From the IMG/VR virus record IMGVR_UViG_3300023184_008416, positions 64,001 through 128,000 of that record: 64,000 nt of DNA, one strand, 5' to 3'. Every line of letters starts with the position of its first letter. Positions within the stretch are counted from its first letter, which is position 1. Of the stretch, positions 19,665 to 30,374 are shown in pieces. Source of the stretch: a virus. Below the pieces are notes generated by a model, which was given only the letters and a program-made list of their open reading frames with translations, did not search any database and was not told the DNA's origin. Both the position numbers and the translations under genes were made by a program.

Positions 19665-20318
19665 ATGTCACAAAATAATGTCCAGCGACGCTGGAAAACC
19701 TTGCTCCACAAAGTGGGGTATCTGCGGCTTGAAGTGGAGGACAAAAAAGAAGTCCTGCAGGAAGCGGAGTCTGAGTTCAATGACAGCTATTCAGAAATGG
19801 CTCGTCGTCATCCAGATCCAGACGATCCTGATTCTCTGCCTAAGGAATCAAACGATTCTGCTGAATTGCAAGTTGAGATTAATGACGTGCGTCAATCTCC
19901 TTTACAAGAGGATTTACCCCCTCCACAAAATCCTGATTCTTTTGAAGAGGTAAAATCTAACGATTCTTTGGGAGAACAAGAAGACTTTAAAAAAATATGG
20001 AAATTAATTGCTGCCAAGACACACCCAGACATTTCTAAAGATTCAGATCTAATAGACACCTATAAAAGAGCATTGGATGCCTGGAATAATGGACGATACG
20101 AAGTTTTACTTGATATTGCAAGCGAGCTATCTATAAAAATGCCCCAACCAACAGAGGGCATGTTGACCGCCTTAGAAACCAGGGCTGCTGTTCTTCAGGA
20201 TGAGCTTAAAAAATTCGAAGGCAGTGTGTTATGGGATTGGATGCATGCTCCTGTTGATAAAAAAGATGTCATCGTGGAGCAGCTGCTAAAATTCAGGCGA
20301 AAGCGTCGGAAGAAATAA
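19665..20318 (+). CDS. J-domain (DnaJ-like) protein
   Basis: FKKIWKLIAAKTHPD helix-II/HPD motif followed by YKRALDAW. Confidence 0.65.
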   Translation: MSQNNVQRRWKTLLHKVGYLRLEVEDKKEVLQEAESEFNDSYSEMARRHPDPDDPDSLPKESNDSAELQVEINDVRQSPLQEDLPPPQNPDSFEEVKSNDSLGEQEDFKKIWKLIAAKTHPDISKDSDLIDTYKRALDAWNNGRYEVLLDIASELSIKMPQPTEGMLTALETRAAVLQDELKKFEGSVLWDWMHAPVDKKDVIVEQLLKFRRKRRKK

Positions 20319-20368
20319 AATATCGTGATCATTTTTGCTCGAGACAATATAATAGATCTCGGTGTCTT

Positions 20369-21043
20369 ATGTCGATAGAAAAACTTCTGGTAGCTGACTT
20401 TGGTCCAAACAAAGCTAACGCCACGGGATCATCAGGTGTTGGGTATGTGTTATTGGACGTCACTGGGTCAATGTTCTCTCCTAGAACAACCAGTGATGTT
20501 TATCAAACAGTGCCTGGCATTTATGCTGTGAAAGCTTCTCTACCGTCAGGATTTCTTGGACAAGTCGTGTGGGACACGGGCAACGCATTCTCTAAAAAGT
20601 ATTACGTTGCAGAACCCGTTGATTCGCCAGATAATTTGCAGGTCATCAATGATTTGACCACGGTAATATCAAGTTCTTCTACCCTGATTAAAGGAGGAGA
20701 GACTTTGATCGAAGACATGATCACCGCTATATCGGGTAATCTGGTGCAATTTAATTCTGGTGTTTTGGCAGGATTAAGTAATATTGACATGCAGAGCGAT
20801 GTTCTTCAGGATCTTGTGACTCAACTGTCAGCTTCAGCTGTTCACATGGAAAACGCCGTCATGACAGTGCAGGAAGACATCATATTTCTTAGAGGAATAA
20901 CTGCGGGTCGGTGGCACATCATAGACAACCAGATGATCTTTTACGGAGAAGACAATGTCACCGAGATCGCGAGATATAATTTGCTTGATGACAATGGTCA
21001 ACCTTCTATGGAAGCCGTGTTTGATCGTGTCAGGGTGATTTAG
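20369..21043 (+). CDS. Hypothetical virion-associated protein
   Basis: 224 aa with a central coiled coil and C-terminal GRWHIIDNQMIFY. Confidence 0.65.
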   Translation: MSIEKLLVADFGPNKANATGSSGVGYVLLDVTGSMFSPRTTSDVYQTVPGIYAVKASLPSGFLGQVVWDTGNAFSKKYYVAEPVDSPDNLQVINDLTTVISSSSTLIKGGETLIEDMITAISGNLVQFNSGVLAGLSNIDMQSDVLQDLVTQLSASAVHMENAVMTVQEDIIFLRGITAGRWHIIDNQMIFYGEDNVTEIARYNLLDDNGQPSMEAVFDRVRVI

Positions 21044-21045
21044 TC

Positions 21046-21402
21046 TTGCCCCAGAAGATATTAAAGAGAAGAGGGAATGCTCTTCTACTGAGAGGAATGG
21101 GTCCTAATCCTGCGATAGTTTTGCAGGGGCACATTATTTTAATGCACGAGATCGTTGCTCGCATCGTTCGCACAGGTAGGTCCTCGGCTGAACGGGCCAA
21201 GAGAGAGCTCGAAGAGATCATTGCCTGGGCACGTCTTATTAGACTTAATGATGAAAGACCGGGAGTTGACATCGAGGGATACGTTAAAATTTTGGTTAAA
21301 AAGGATGTGGTTCAACAACTCCCCAAGGCACAATTCATTTCTTCAAAGGTTAGAGATGCCCTAGATGATATTAAAATAACGATTCAAAGAATTAAAAGAT
21401 AG
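21046..21402 (+). CDS. Hypothetical protein
   Basis: 118 aa ORF filling the gap in the operon; TTG start is uncertain. Confidence 0.5.
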   Translation: MPQKILKRRGNALLLRGMGPNPAIVLQGHIILMHEIVARIVRTGRSSAERAKRELEEIIAWARLIRLNDERPGVDIEGYVKILVKKDVVQQLPKAQFISSKVRDALDDIKITIQRIKR

Positions 21403-21425
21403 TTATCACAATAATTAAGGAAACC

Positions 21426-22070
21426 ATGGAAAGCTTGCTTGAAACCGTAGACTTAGACATAGAAGAATCAAATGAATTGACCTTTCGAATTAAATTGGAA
21501 GGTGTTGGAACCAATCCCGTTAAAGTTAGACTGGTTTGTGAGGATAAAGATGTATCTTATCTGTTTAATGGATACGGTACAAGTGAGGATGGTGTGGTGC
21601 AGTTTGTATTACCTCAAATGAAAAATAAATTGAATGAAGGATTACATCAAGCCAAAGTGGAAGTTTTGGTTGACAATCGGTATTTTTCACCGGTTCAATT
21701 TCAGATCAATTTTAAGAAAACGATGAGTGTTGTTGCTGAGTCCATGTTCGTTGCGCCGAAACCTCCGTCTCGCCAAGAAATTAAGGTTTCTGCTCAACCA
21801 ATAACGGTTCGTCAATTGTCTAAAGAATCTGCCATTGCTCCCGTTTCAATCGCAGAAGATAAACCCAGATTTCAACAGCCTGTCGAAGAAATCATAAATC
21901 ATTTGCAAACAAATCCAGTACAAGTTAAAAGGTCAGTTGAAAAATCTTCAACTCAAAGAATTATAGAGAGAGACCTGTCAAGGCGTTCAACCCTCGCAGC
22001 AGCAGTGGATTCTGATGAAAAATTGCAGGAGATAGCCCGCACCATTAGATTCAAAAATTCAGGTCGTTGA
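21426..22070 (+). CDS. Hypothetical protein
   Basis: 214 aa with a beta-sandwich-like N-terminal half. Confidence 0.65.
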   Translation: MESLLETVDLDIEESNELTFRIKLEGVGTNPVKVRLVCEDKDVSYLFNGYGTSEDGVVQFVLPQMKNKLNEGLHQAKVEVLVDNRYFSPVQFQINFKKTMSVVAESMFVAPKPPSRQEIKVSAQPITVRQLSKESAIAPVSIAEDKPRFQQPVEEIINHLQTNPVQVKRSVEKSSTQRIIERDLSRRSTLAAAVDSDEKLQEIARTIRFKNSGR

Positions 22071-22071
22071 T

Positions 22072-22434
22072 TTGAATCGTTGGTCAACAGGTCGATATAA
22101 AAATCAAAAAACTGGGGTTGTTTGTAAGTATCGGTCCTCTTGGGAGGCCATCTACATGGGTCTTCTGGATTCAGATCACAGGATTGTTACGTGGGAGTAT
22201 GAATCAATTCTTGTTTGTTATCTTCACGGAATTAAAGTCAAACGTTACATACCGGATTTTTTGGTGACTGTTAACACGGGAAAAAAAATTTTGGTAGAAA
22301 TTAAACCCGAAAGAATGAGAGATATCCCTGTCAACGCTGCCAAGAGAGCAGCTGTGATGCAAAAGTGTCAAGAAGAAGGTTGGATATATTACGAGTGGTC
22401 ACCCAATAATCCTGTTGTTCCTGAAGTTTTGTAA
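22072..22434 (+). CDS. Head completion nuclease (T4 gp4-like / TnsA-like)
   Basis: YRSSWE...WEYE...YIPDF...LVEIKP...NAAKRAA motifs. Confidence 0.75.
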   Translation: MNRWSTGRYKNQKTGVVCKYRSSWEAIYMGLLDSDHRIVTWEYESILVCYLHGIKVKRYIPDFLVTVNTGKKILVEIKPERMRDIPVNAAKRAAVMQKCQEEGWIYYEWSPNNPVVPEVL

Positions 22435-22517
22435 TTTTGTACACCCTTAAAGTCTTAATGTAGTGTTAACCTCAACAACTGGCAAAAAATACTTGCCACT
22501 AGGAAAGGTAAATTTTC

Positions 22518-22766
22518 ATGAGCACCACGTCTAATCGTAATGCAGTCATTCGTAGCAGCGTCACTCGTAATGGTCGGTATCGTACTGAGACAGCACGTCG
22601 AGACGAAGGTACCCTTCGAGCTTCAGCCTTCACCGATCCAAATCGTAATTCAACTCGTATTTACATCGATCACCCAGATTACGGCACGATCTCGCTTAGT
22701 GGCCGCGAGGCACGTACTATCTTTAGGGTTTTGAATGAGCATTATAATTACACTGGTCGTCAGTGA
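22518..22766 (+). CDS. Small Arg-rich hypothetical protein
   Basis: 82 aa, AAAGG SD, followed by its own terminator. Confidence 0.65.
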   Translation: MSTTSNRNAVIRSSVTRNGRYRTETARRDEGTLRASAFTDPNRNSTRIYIDHPDYGTISLSGREARTIFRVLNEHYNYTGRQ

Positions 22767-22787
22767 TTTAAGTAAGTGATGCAATTT

Positions 22788-22826
22788 ACAGCCAGCTCTC
22801 CTTAACTGGATTGCTGGCTGTTTATT
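22788..22826 (+). terminator. Probable terminator
   Basis: ACAGCCAGC...GCTGGCTGT stem followed by TTATT. Confidence 0.6.
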
Positions 22827-22839
22827 ATTGGAGGAAGCA

Positions 22840-23019
22840 ATGTCAGCAAAAACTGAAAAATTGTTAGAGCAAATTAACCGTTATAAAAATACTATCCGTG
22901 AAATGGAAGAACAAGGTGAGGATCCTCACTCTATCAAGATTCAACTTGAAAAAGCATTGAACGAACTCAACGCAGCAAACAAAGTGCTTAGTGAAAGTGT
23001 AACAATCCTGAAAGGATGA
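22840..23019 (+). CDS. Small coiled-coil protein
   Basis: GGAGG SD and ATG at 22840. Confidence 0.6.
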   Translation: MSAKTEKLLEQINRYKNTIREMEEQGEDPHSIKIQLEKALNELNAANKVLSESVTILKG

Positions 23020-23026
23020 TCAAGAC

Positions 23027-23245
23027 ATGAACTCCGCAGACATTTATCAACCCATTGTAGCGACTTCGATGGGAACAGCCCCCATCACTTTAAGGGTGAT
23101 TACAACACCAAATAATATGGAATATGTGGGTGGTGTTCCTTCAACTGCAACCAAGGCTGAAACTTATGTATTATATTCTGCGTTACCAGACGATCTCAAA
23201 GAAAGAGTCAAAGTAGCAGTACAAGCTTTAATCACGGCAGGATGA
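23027..23245 (+). CDS. Hypothetical protein
   Basis: AAGGA SD, 72 aa. Confidence 0.55.
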   Translation: MNSADIYQPIVATSMGTAPITLRVITTPNNMEYVGGVPSTATKAETYVLYSALPDDLKERVKVAVQALITAG

Positions 23246-23255
23246 TACATAAACC

Positions 23256-24014
23256 ATGTCAGTTTTAATTAAATTAGGTTCTGTTGATCCCACGGTCATT
23301 CAATGGCAACAATTTTTGAAAGGACAATTTCCAGAGTCAGAGATTGTTGCCAGTGGAAATTTTGATGGTGTTACAGACTCTGTTACCAAAAGGTTTCAAC
23401 AATTACATAGATTAACACCTGACGGTGTGGTTGGATCTAAGACCTTGCAGCTCGCTCTTTCGTTGGGTCTATGTGTTACTGATCAACCGACCACTAACGG
23501 TATTTTACCGATCACAGCAGCACAAAGAGAAATTCTTTTTGGTCATTTTAATTATACCCCTGCTCCCGTGGCAAATAATCCTGAGGCCATCAAGATTGAT
23601 CAATCTTGGATTAATTCCAATATTACAAGTGTCACTATTGATGAATTAGCAAACATTTCTGGTGCACCTAAAAATTGTACAATACCATTTAATCATGCTG
23701 CAGCGAGTCAATTAAAGTCTTTATTTGGTGCGTGGTCATCGGCAGGTCTGTTGGACAGAATATTGACTTGGGACGGTTCATGGGCTCCTCGGTTCATACG
23801 TGGATCCCGAACTACGTTGTCAAATCATGCGTGGGGAACAGCCTTTGACATTAATGCTCGGTGGAATCCGTTAGGTACAGTTCCACCAGCAATCGGTGAT
23901 AAAGGTTGCACGAGAGAACTCGTGTCAATAGCAGAAGATAATGGTTTCTTTTGGGGTGGAAATTTTTCAAAAAGACCAGACGGTATGCACTTTGAGTGTG
24001 CGATGTTGAAGTAA
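23256..24014 (+). CDS. Endolysin: peptidoglycan-binding domain + M15-family peptidase
   Basis: PG_binding_1-type FQQLHRLTPDGVVGSKT, and zinc peptidase motifs SNHAWGTAFDIN and DGMHFE. Confidence 0.88.
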   Translation: MSVLIKLGSVDPTVIQWQQFLKGQFPESEIVASGNFDGVTDSVTKRFQQLHRLTPDGVVGSKTLQLALSLGLCVTDQPTTNGILPITAAQREILFGHFNYTPAPVANNPEAIKIDQSWINSNITSVTIDELANISGAPKNCTIPFNHAAASQLKSLFGAWSSAGLLDRILTWDGSWAPRFIRGSRTTLSNHAWGTAFDINARWNPLGTVPPAIGDKGCTRELVSIAEDNGFFWGGNFSKRPDGMHFECAMLK

Positions 24015-24059
24015 TTGATTAGATGATTCAATCAAGAATTGTGTACCATACATATTGGT

Positions 24060-25238
24060 ATGCCCTCTTTTGCAAGTACAATCAATCCGACACCCTTTGG
24101 TTTTTTTGATCCAGATACCAGCTTTCAAACAGAAGCTGACAGTATGGTCACGTTTGTCAAACGAAAGATGGGTGATGACATATTGTCTGTTGAATTAACC
24201 AATCGTCAAATTTGGGCATGTTTTGAAGAAGCTTGCTGTGAATATAGTCATCAAATTCATCAAGTAAAGATTAAATCTGAATTAATGAACATGCTCGGCG
24301 TACCAACTGGTTCTACCGACCTAACCAATAAACTTCCAAAACAATCACTTGAATATTTGATGCGTCAGGCTGAACCCTATGCTTCATATGCAAATGTCAT
24401 GGGATCCTATGATCCCATTTTAGGGTACATTGATCTAAAGGCCGGCGTTCAGGATTATAATTTATACGACAGTTTAAAGAATGTTGTTAGCGGAACATTG
24501 GTCTATGGAAATGGCCCAGGAGGCGTGGGTAATAGTAAACTTAGATTGATAGAAATATTTCAGCTTGAGCCCTTAGCCGCTCAACAATTTCTTCTTAATG
24601 CGTCAAACGTTACCAATTTTTTAGCAACAAACTTCAATTACGAGTCTTATGTTAATTCAACCGTCTTTTACGTTCTCCCCGTCTTTGAAGACGTTTTACG
24701 CAGAGGAATGTTAGAGACTGCGTTTCGTGTCCGTAGATCACACTACAGTTATGATGTGATAGGTCGTCAATTAAGGATTTATCCGATCCCTGCGACCGAA
24801 TTTCAATTAGGCAAACTTTTTATAAAAGTTGCCCCTCCCCAGAACCCTCTCGACCCTAGCTACGAAGATAGTTCTATCTATGGTATTTCTGGCCCACAGA
24901 ACATGCCATTAAATAATATTCCTTACGTTTCAATCACCCAGCCAGGAAGACAGTGGATTAGACAATATACTTTAGCCCTGGCCAGAGAATTGTTAGGTCT
25001 TGTTAGATCAAAATTTCAGAACATACCCATTCCAAATGCTGATCTTCAACTTAACGGATCTGATTTGGTTTCTCAAGGTCGGGAAGATAAAGAAAAATTG
25101 ATTACCCAACTTAGAGAATTCTTAGATAATTTAACCAATGCAAAATTGTTAGAAACAGCAGCAACTGCTGCGGATAACATGATAAAGCAATTACGTTACG
25201 TTCCGGTCCCCAACGGCAGAGCAATTATCATAGGTTAG
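24060..25238 (+). CDS. Neck protein (T4 gp13-like)
   Basis: KRKMGDDILSVEL...WIRQYTLALARELLGLVRSKF...LNGSDLVSQG, and position before the tail genes. Confidence 0.75.
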   Translation: MPSFASTINPTPFGFFDPDTSFQTEADSMVTFVKRKMGDDILSVELTNRQIWACFEEACCEYSHQIHQVKIKSELMNMLGVPTGSTDLTNKLPKQSLEYLMRQAEPYASYANVMGSYDPILGYIDLKAGVQDYNLYDSLKNVVSGTLVYGNGPGGVGNSKLRLIEIFQLEPLAAQQFLLNASNVTNFLATNFNYESYVNSTVFYVLPVFEDVLRRGMLETAFRVRRSHYSYDVIGRQLRIYPIPATEFQLGKLFIKVAPPQNPLDPSYEDSSIYGISGPQNMPLNNIPYVSITQPGRQWIRQYTLALARELLGLVRSKFQNIPIPNADLQLNGSDLVSQGREDKEKLITQLREFLDNLTNAKLLETAATAADNMIKQLRYVPVPNGRAIIIG

Positions 25239-25292
25239 AGTTTAATTTCATAAATGATAGTTGTTTGGCCTACTTAATCTAGAGGTCGAACA

Positions 25293-25955
25293 ATGTCACG
25301 ACTTTTTATTACACCACGAGAACTTAACTTTATTTCTGACATCTCTAAAGAAGTGATTAAAGATGTCATTGGTCAAAAAATCTATTATTTTCCAATTTCC
25401 GAAATTAAGACACAAACGCATCTTGTCTATAATGAGGCGATGCAAAAAATATTCGATAATCCCATAGAAATTGAGGGATTAATCGCAGGTCCAACTGCTG
25501 AGGTCAAAGTCAATTCCTTTGGTATAGACAAAACTTTTACAGTAGAGGTTTATCTCCAATGGCGTGACCTTGTTGATAAAGGAATCAACGTTAGTATGGG
25601 AGACTACTTTTCTTTTGGTGACGTGTTTTATGAAATATCAGAATTTTTTTACTCACGTCTTATTTACGGTATGCCAGAACATGTTGATGGAATGAAAATA
25701 ACGGGTGTCAAAGTACGTGAGAGTCAATTTAAAGCCAAATATTTTGGTCCAACTGACGTTTCTTACACTGAAGACGATGCTGTTCAAAAAACCTTCGTTC
25801 AACAACGAGGTGCAGAAGAAAACAGATTGGGCAAAACTAACGACGTTAGAGATTTACAGAAGAACGGCGTTTTGGAATCACCCTTGACGGGCCCTAAAGA
25901 GGTTTCAGAAAAAGTTGCTGATCCCGCTGGTCCTGGATTTTACGGTGAGGACTGA
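25293..25955 (+). CDS. Neck / head-closure protein (gp14-like)
   Basis: Synteny after the gp13-like gene. GQKIYYFP...VYNE...FGID pattern. Confidence 0.6.
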   Translation: MSRLFITPRELNFISDISKEVIKDVIGQKIYYFPISEIKTQTHLVYNEAMQKIFDNPIEIEGLIAGPTAEVKVNSFGIDKTFTVEVYLQWRDLVDKGINVSMGDYFSFGDVFYEISEFFYSRLIYGMPEHVDGMKITGVKVRESQFKAKYFGPTDVSYTEDDAVQKTFVQQRGAEENRLGKTNDVRDLQKNGVLESPLTGPKEVSEKVADPAGPGFYGED

Positions 25956-25960
25956 ACATT

Positions 25961-27217
25961 ATGACAACTAGATTTTCTCCAATTCCCGATGGAACGTTGG
26001 AAAATGGTTACAGCAATCAGAACGTTTCTGACATCACAATCCCACCTTGTGGTTTGGAGGACGTAGACGTTGCTCTTTTTGACTTGTTTGATAAGGAACT
26101 TAGATTGTATGCAATGGGAAATGAATCAATCAAAGAGGCCAATCAAAAAAGGATACCAGTCATTTTTGCAGCCGGTGAAAAGTGGGCCATGCTCAAAAAG
26201 GGTCGTCCATTACGCGACAAATCAGAGGCATTGATACTTCCGCTCATTACCGTGATGAGGACGGGCATTGAACAAAATTCAGCCTCTGACATTGTGGGCA
26301 GAGGTATAAACCAACAAACAGGTGTTTTGTCGATTAGAAGAAAACTTGATTCTTCTGACAGGGAATACCAAAACCTAATTAACAAATTATACATTGTCAA
26401 TCAGAAAAATGTTGCTGTTAATCCAGGAGATCCACACCTATTAAATCAATTATTGTCTGACAGAAAAGTCGGAGAATTACGAGATGATCCTGACGTATTA
26501 AACAGCGCGTTGATGGCACCCAATCGTTTGAACAATGTTTATGAAACACTGACACTACCAGCACCCCAATTTTTCTCCGCAAAATATGAAGTTACTTTCT
26601 GGACGCAATACACTCAACAAATGAACGCTTTGACCGAAGTTTTCATGAGTTCTTTTCTTCCTCAAGGTCGTTGTTTTAAGTTGATCACAAACAAGGGATA
26701 TTGGTTTGTTGCTTACATAGAAGAATCATTTCAACAAGAAAACAATTTTGATGACATGTCGCGCCAAGAAAGGGTGATTAAACAAAAATTTTCAATCAAT
26801 GTTCCGGCGTATGTTTTGGCCTCCGGAGCCCCTGGTGTTCCAATACCGATTAGAAGATACGTTTCATCACCCGTTATAACATTTTCAACCAATATAGATG
26901 ATAATGTTTCTATGCCCTCCAACAATGATGGCATTGATTATCCTTATTTAGGTGCTGATGATCCCACTTTACCAAGTCAATTAAAGGGTAAACCGACTCG
27001 ACTTGACATGAGAGACACCGGCATAGGACCTTTGGGAACACAAACCGGTGCACATCAGGATCCTGCACTGGCTTCGTATCGCAGAGGTGAGCCAAATGCA
27101 ACATATGTAAGAGTTGGAACAAATCTTGTGAAGGGAATTCCTGTGTCCAATTCTAATGGAGAAATTGTTTATCGAGGGTATGATTTTATAAATTTAGAGA
27201 CGATTATTGAGGAATAA
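25961..27217 (+). CDS. Tail terminator / sheath stabiliser (gp15-like)
   Basis: IPVIFAAGEKW, LPLITVMRT and YEVTFWTQYTQQMNAL motifs, immediately before the sheath genes. Confidence 0.6.
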   Translation: MTTRFSPIPDGTLENGYSNQNVSDITIPPCGLEDVDVALFDLFDKELRLYAMGNESIKEANQKRIPVIFAAGEKWAMLKKGRPLRDKSEALILPLITVMRTGIEQNSASDIVGRGINQQTGVLSIRRKLDSSDREYQNLINKLYIVNQKNVAVNPGDPHLLNQLLSDRKVGELRDDPDVLNSALMAPNRLNNVYETLTLPAPQFFSAKYEVTFWTQYTQQMNALTEVFMSSFLPQGRCFKLITNKGYWFVAYIEESFQQENNFDDMSRQERVIKQKFSINVPAYVLASGAPGVPIPIRRYVSSPVITFSTNIDDNVSMPSNNDGIDYPYLGADDPTLPSQLKGKPTRLDMRDTGIGPLGTQTGAHQDPALASYRRGEPNATYVRVGTNLVKGIPVSNSNGEIVYRGYDFINLETIIEE

Positions 27218-27281
27218 CAAGACTTTCAATCACGACAGCAATACTTAACATCAATCGTTAAAAACGTCTCAGGAGAACACG

Positions 27282-30200
27282 ATGGCCGAGCAGACATTTA
27301 GATCCCCCAATTTTTTTGACCGTGAAGTTGATCTGTCAGCCCCCAATCCCGCTTTACCGTCTGGTATTCCAGCGGGTGTGATTGGTACAGCAAATCAGGG
27401 CCCAGCATTTGTGCCGATCACATTTCCAAATTTTTCAGAATTTACGTCTGTATTTGGCAGTTTTGATCCTAAAAAACCTGCAATTTATGCTGCCAATCAA
27501 TTTCTTAATAATAGAAATGCATTGACATTTTTGAGAGTTCTCGGAGCAGGTGCAAATTCTTCTTCTTACGATATCAATTACACAAACGCAACGGGTAGGG
27601 TTGTTAATGCCGGTATGGTGGTTGAAAAAAATGGTATCAATGGTGGAGTTTCATTTTTAGTCAGTCAAGAAAGAGCCACTAATGATGAAACCTATGGCAT
27701 GCCTCTAATCTCTGAAAATGACAGTATACCGTCTTCTTTAGCTGCCGTTGGTGGTTACCAATTTGTTAGGGCAATGTTGATGTTACCGACAACGTCTAGA
27801 GTTATGATTTTTGGTGATGTTACCCTAGTAAATTCATACTTTAACGATTTGAATGATCTACATGATGGTGGTTTCGGAGTTAATGCTGAAACATCTTATT
27901 TTAAATTGGTGATTTCTTCTTCTTTGGGAAGTTCTTTCTCAAATGATGATGGGCTACCTGGGATTAGAGTTTACAGTGCATCTCTTGATCCTTCAAGTAA
28001 TAATTACGTAGGAAAAATTTTAAATAGTGACACAAATCAGTTTAATTCTTCACAACATGTGTTATACGCACATTTTCCCTTAGACACTCAGGTGTCTTTG
28101 GCACAATCTGCGTCAATCCTTACAGGATCTTCAACAGCAAATTCTATCAACACGACAGCGGGAAATGTTTCATTCCAAAAATTATTCGGAATGCAGGACA
28201 CAAGATACACAACGGCACGAACACCAGCCTTCATTTCTCAACCAATGGGAAATCTTGAAAATGATTTATTCTATTTTGAATCATTAAGTGATGGAGCAGG
28301 TGTCAACAGTCTTTACAAGATTTCAATTGCTAACATCAAGATGTCTGTTGATGAAACCAGTCCGTATGGTAGCTTCTCTGTACAGGTTAGAGACTGGAAT
28401 GATAATGACGTCAGTCCAAATGTTTTGGAACAATTCAATAATTGTGATCTAAATCCATTTTCACCTAACTTTATTGCTAGAGTTATTGGTGATCGTAAAA
28501 TAACCTACAATTTTGATGCAGACATTCCTTCGGAAAAGAGAGTGATAACATCAGGTCTATACAACAATCAATCTAAATTTATTAGGGTTGTTGTTTCTGA
28601 ACAAGTCACAAAGGCCGAAGTTCCTAAATCCTCATTACCTTTTGGCTTTCGAGGTCCAAGACTTCTAAAGACAACCGATGGGTTAATTGCATCAGGTTCA
28701 GTCGCAGGTCGTTTAGTGACGCAAGATGCCGCATTAAACTGGTCCCCTGTATTACCACCAATTCCTTATAGATTTAAGGTTACTCGTGGACCGGTAGCAA
28801 CAGTAGGATTTAAAGGTAACCCCGGTAAAACAGAGGCAGTTAACTCCGCATTTTATTGGGGTGTAAAGTTTGAAAGAAACACAACGCCTTTGGATTCAAA
28901 CATTAGTACCGAAAAGAATCAGTTAATTGAAAATCTAACTAAATTCTATGGTGTTGAAAAGATGGATGCATTATTAACTGGATCTTCTTCAGATTTGGTT
29001 AATAATAATAAATTTACCCTTGCTCGGGTTGCCTTGCCAAACAAGTCTTTAACCGACATTACCTCGTCCGTATCAAAACACCTCTTAGGTGCCGCATACA
29101 TTAGAAATGGTGTTGTTGATGCCAACGATTATAGAATTTATGACGCTGATTTTGAGTCAGGTGCTTCACGCGTTACCTTCGCTTCTTTGTTAAATGCCCA
29201 GGACGCAAGTTACGCAGGTTCATCAACACCAATTATTGCTGCTGCTAATTTTAACAGATTCGCAGGGTTCATGAAATACACAACTTTCATGTATGGTGGA
29301 TTTGATGGTATGAACATTCTGGACCAAAATTCATCTCTTTTAAATGATAAATTTACCTCATTTGATTCGAGTGGTGGAGCCCAGGTTGGTTATGTACCAA
29401 CGGGATTTGCGAAGAATCAAAACGGTGTAGAGGTAAATAATAGCGCAGTTGCTTCCTATCTTACTGCCCTTGACATCATGACAGATCCTTATTCTGTCAA
29501 CAATAATTTGTTAGCAATTCCCGGGATCAAAGAACCATATATCACCGATTACGCAGGAATTAAGACTCGTGATTACGGATTGTCAATGTATGTAATGGAC
29601 ATCCCCAGCTACGATGATTTAGGTGCTCGTATCTATGATGACAGCACTTCAAAACCAAACATTGAAGCGACCGCATCAACATTTGAATCTCGTCAAGTTG
29701 ATAACAATTATGTTGCAACGTATTATCCTGAAATTTTTATCGATGATTCTGTAAATCGTCGCAGGGTAAAAGTACCTGCATCAGTCGCAGCTCTTAGCTC
29801 TCTTGGATTTAATGACAGGGTTGCTTATCCCTGGTTTGCACCTGCAGGTTTCAATCGTGCAGCCCTGGACTTTGTGACCAACGTAGCAGTGCGTTTGAAT
29901 GTATCTGACAGAGATCGTTTGTACGATGCACGTATTAATCCAATTGCAACATTCCCCCGACAAGGATTTGTGATTTATGGTCAAAAGACCTTACAATTTA
30001 ACAAATCTGCTCTTGACAGAGTCAATGTTCGTAGATTGATGCTAGAGATCAAGAGAATTATCATAGGAATTGCACAAAAAATTGTCTTTGAACAAAACAC
30101 TGCTGACGTGAGAAATCGCTTCGTCGCAGAGTCTGCAATTCAACTGGGACTAATCCAGGCCCAAGCAGGTGTTGAGGCATATCAAGTTGTCATGAATGAA

Positions 30201-30329
30201 AGTAACAACACACAGGACGACGTTGATAATAACAGGCTTCGTGGCCGAATTGTTGTAGTTCCAACTAGAGCAATTGAGTTCATTGCTATCGACTTCATCG
30301 TCACAAATAGTGGTGTTCAATTCGCATGA
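27282..30329 (+). CDS. Tail sheath protein 1
   Basis: N-terminal SP...REVD...GPAFVP. C-terminal WFAPAGFNR, INPIATFP, GQKTL, DRVNVRRL, PTRAIEFI. Confidence 0.95.
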   Translation: MAEQTFRSPNFFDREVDLSAPNPALPSGIPAGVIGTANQGPAFVPITFPNFSEFTSVFGSFDPKKPAIYAANQFLNNRNALTFLRVLGAGANSSSYDINYTNATGRVVNAGMVVEKNGINGGVSFLVSQERATNDETYGMPLISENDSIPSSLAAVGGYQFVRAMLMLPTTSRVMIFGDVTLVNSYFNDLNDLHDGGFGVNAETSYFKLVISSSLGSSFSNDDGLPGIRVYSASLDPSSNNYVGKILNSDTNQFNSSQHVLYAHFPLDTQVSLAQSASILTGSSTANSINTTAGNVSFQKLFGMQDTRYTTARTPAFISQPMGNLENDLFYFESLSDGAGVNSLYKISIANIKMSVDETSPYGSFSVQVRDWNDNDVSPNVLEQFNNCDLNPFSPNFIARVIGDRKITYNFDADIPSEKRVITSGLYNNQSKFIRVVVSEQVTKAEVPKSSLPFGFRGPRLLKTTDGLIASGSVAGRLVTQDAALNWSPVLPPIPYRFKVTRGPVATVGFKGNPGKTEAVNSAFYWGVKFERNTTPLDSNISTEKNQLIENLTKFYGVEKMDALLTGSSSDLVNNNKFTLARVALPNKSLTDITSSVSKHLLGAAYIRNGVVDANDYRIYDADFESGASRVTFASLLNAQDASYAGSSTPIIAAANFNRFAGFMKYTTFMYGGFDGMNILDQNSSLLNDKFTSFDSSGGAQVGYVPTGFAKNQNGVEVNNSAVASYLTALDIMTDPYSVNNNLLAIPGIKEPYITDYAGIKTRDYGLSMYVMDIPSYDDLGARIYDDSTSKPNIEATASTFESRQVDNNYVATYYPEIFIDDSVNRRRVKVPASVAALSSLGFNDRVAYPWFAPAGFNRAALDFVTNVAVRLNVSDRDRLYDARINPIATFPRQGFVIYGQKTLQFNKSALDRVNVRRLMLEIKRIIIGIAQKIVFEQNTADVRNRFVAESAIQLGLIQAQAGVEAYQVVMNESNNTQDDVDNNRLRGRIVVVPTRAIEFIAIDFIVTNSGVQFA

Positions 30330-30374
30330 TGCGTTGTGAATAATAATTAGACATGATCATAGGAGCTGAATCAG

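Noticed and set aside
22072-22434. Tn7-type transposon suggested by the TnsA-like motif
   Set aside because: No TnsB/TnsC genes or transposon ends are present. Size and context fit a T4 gp4-like head completion nuclease.
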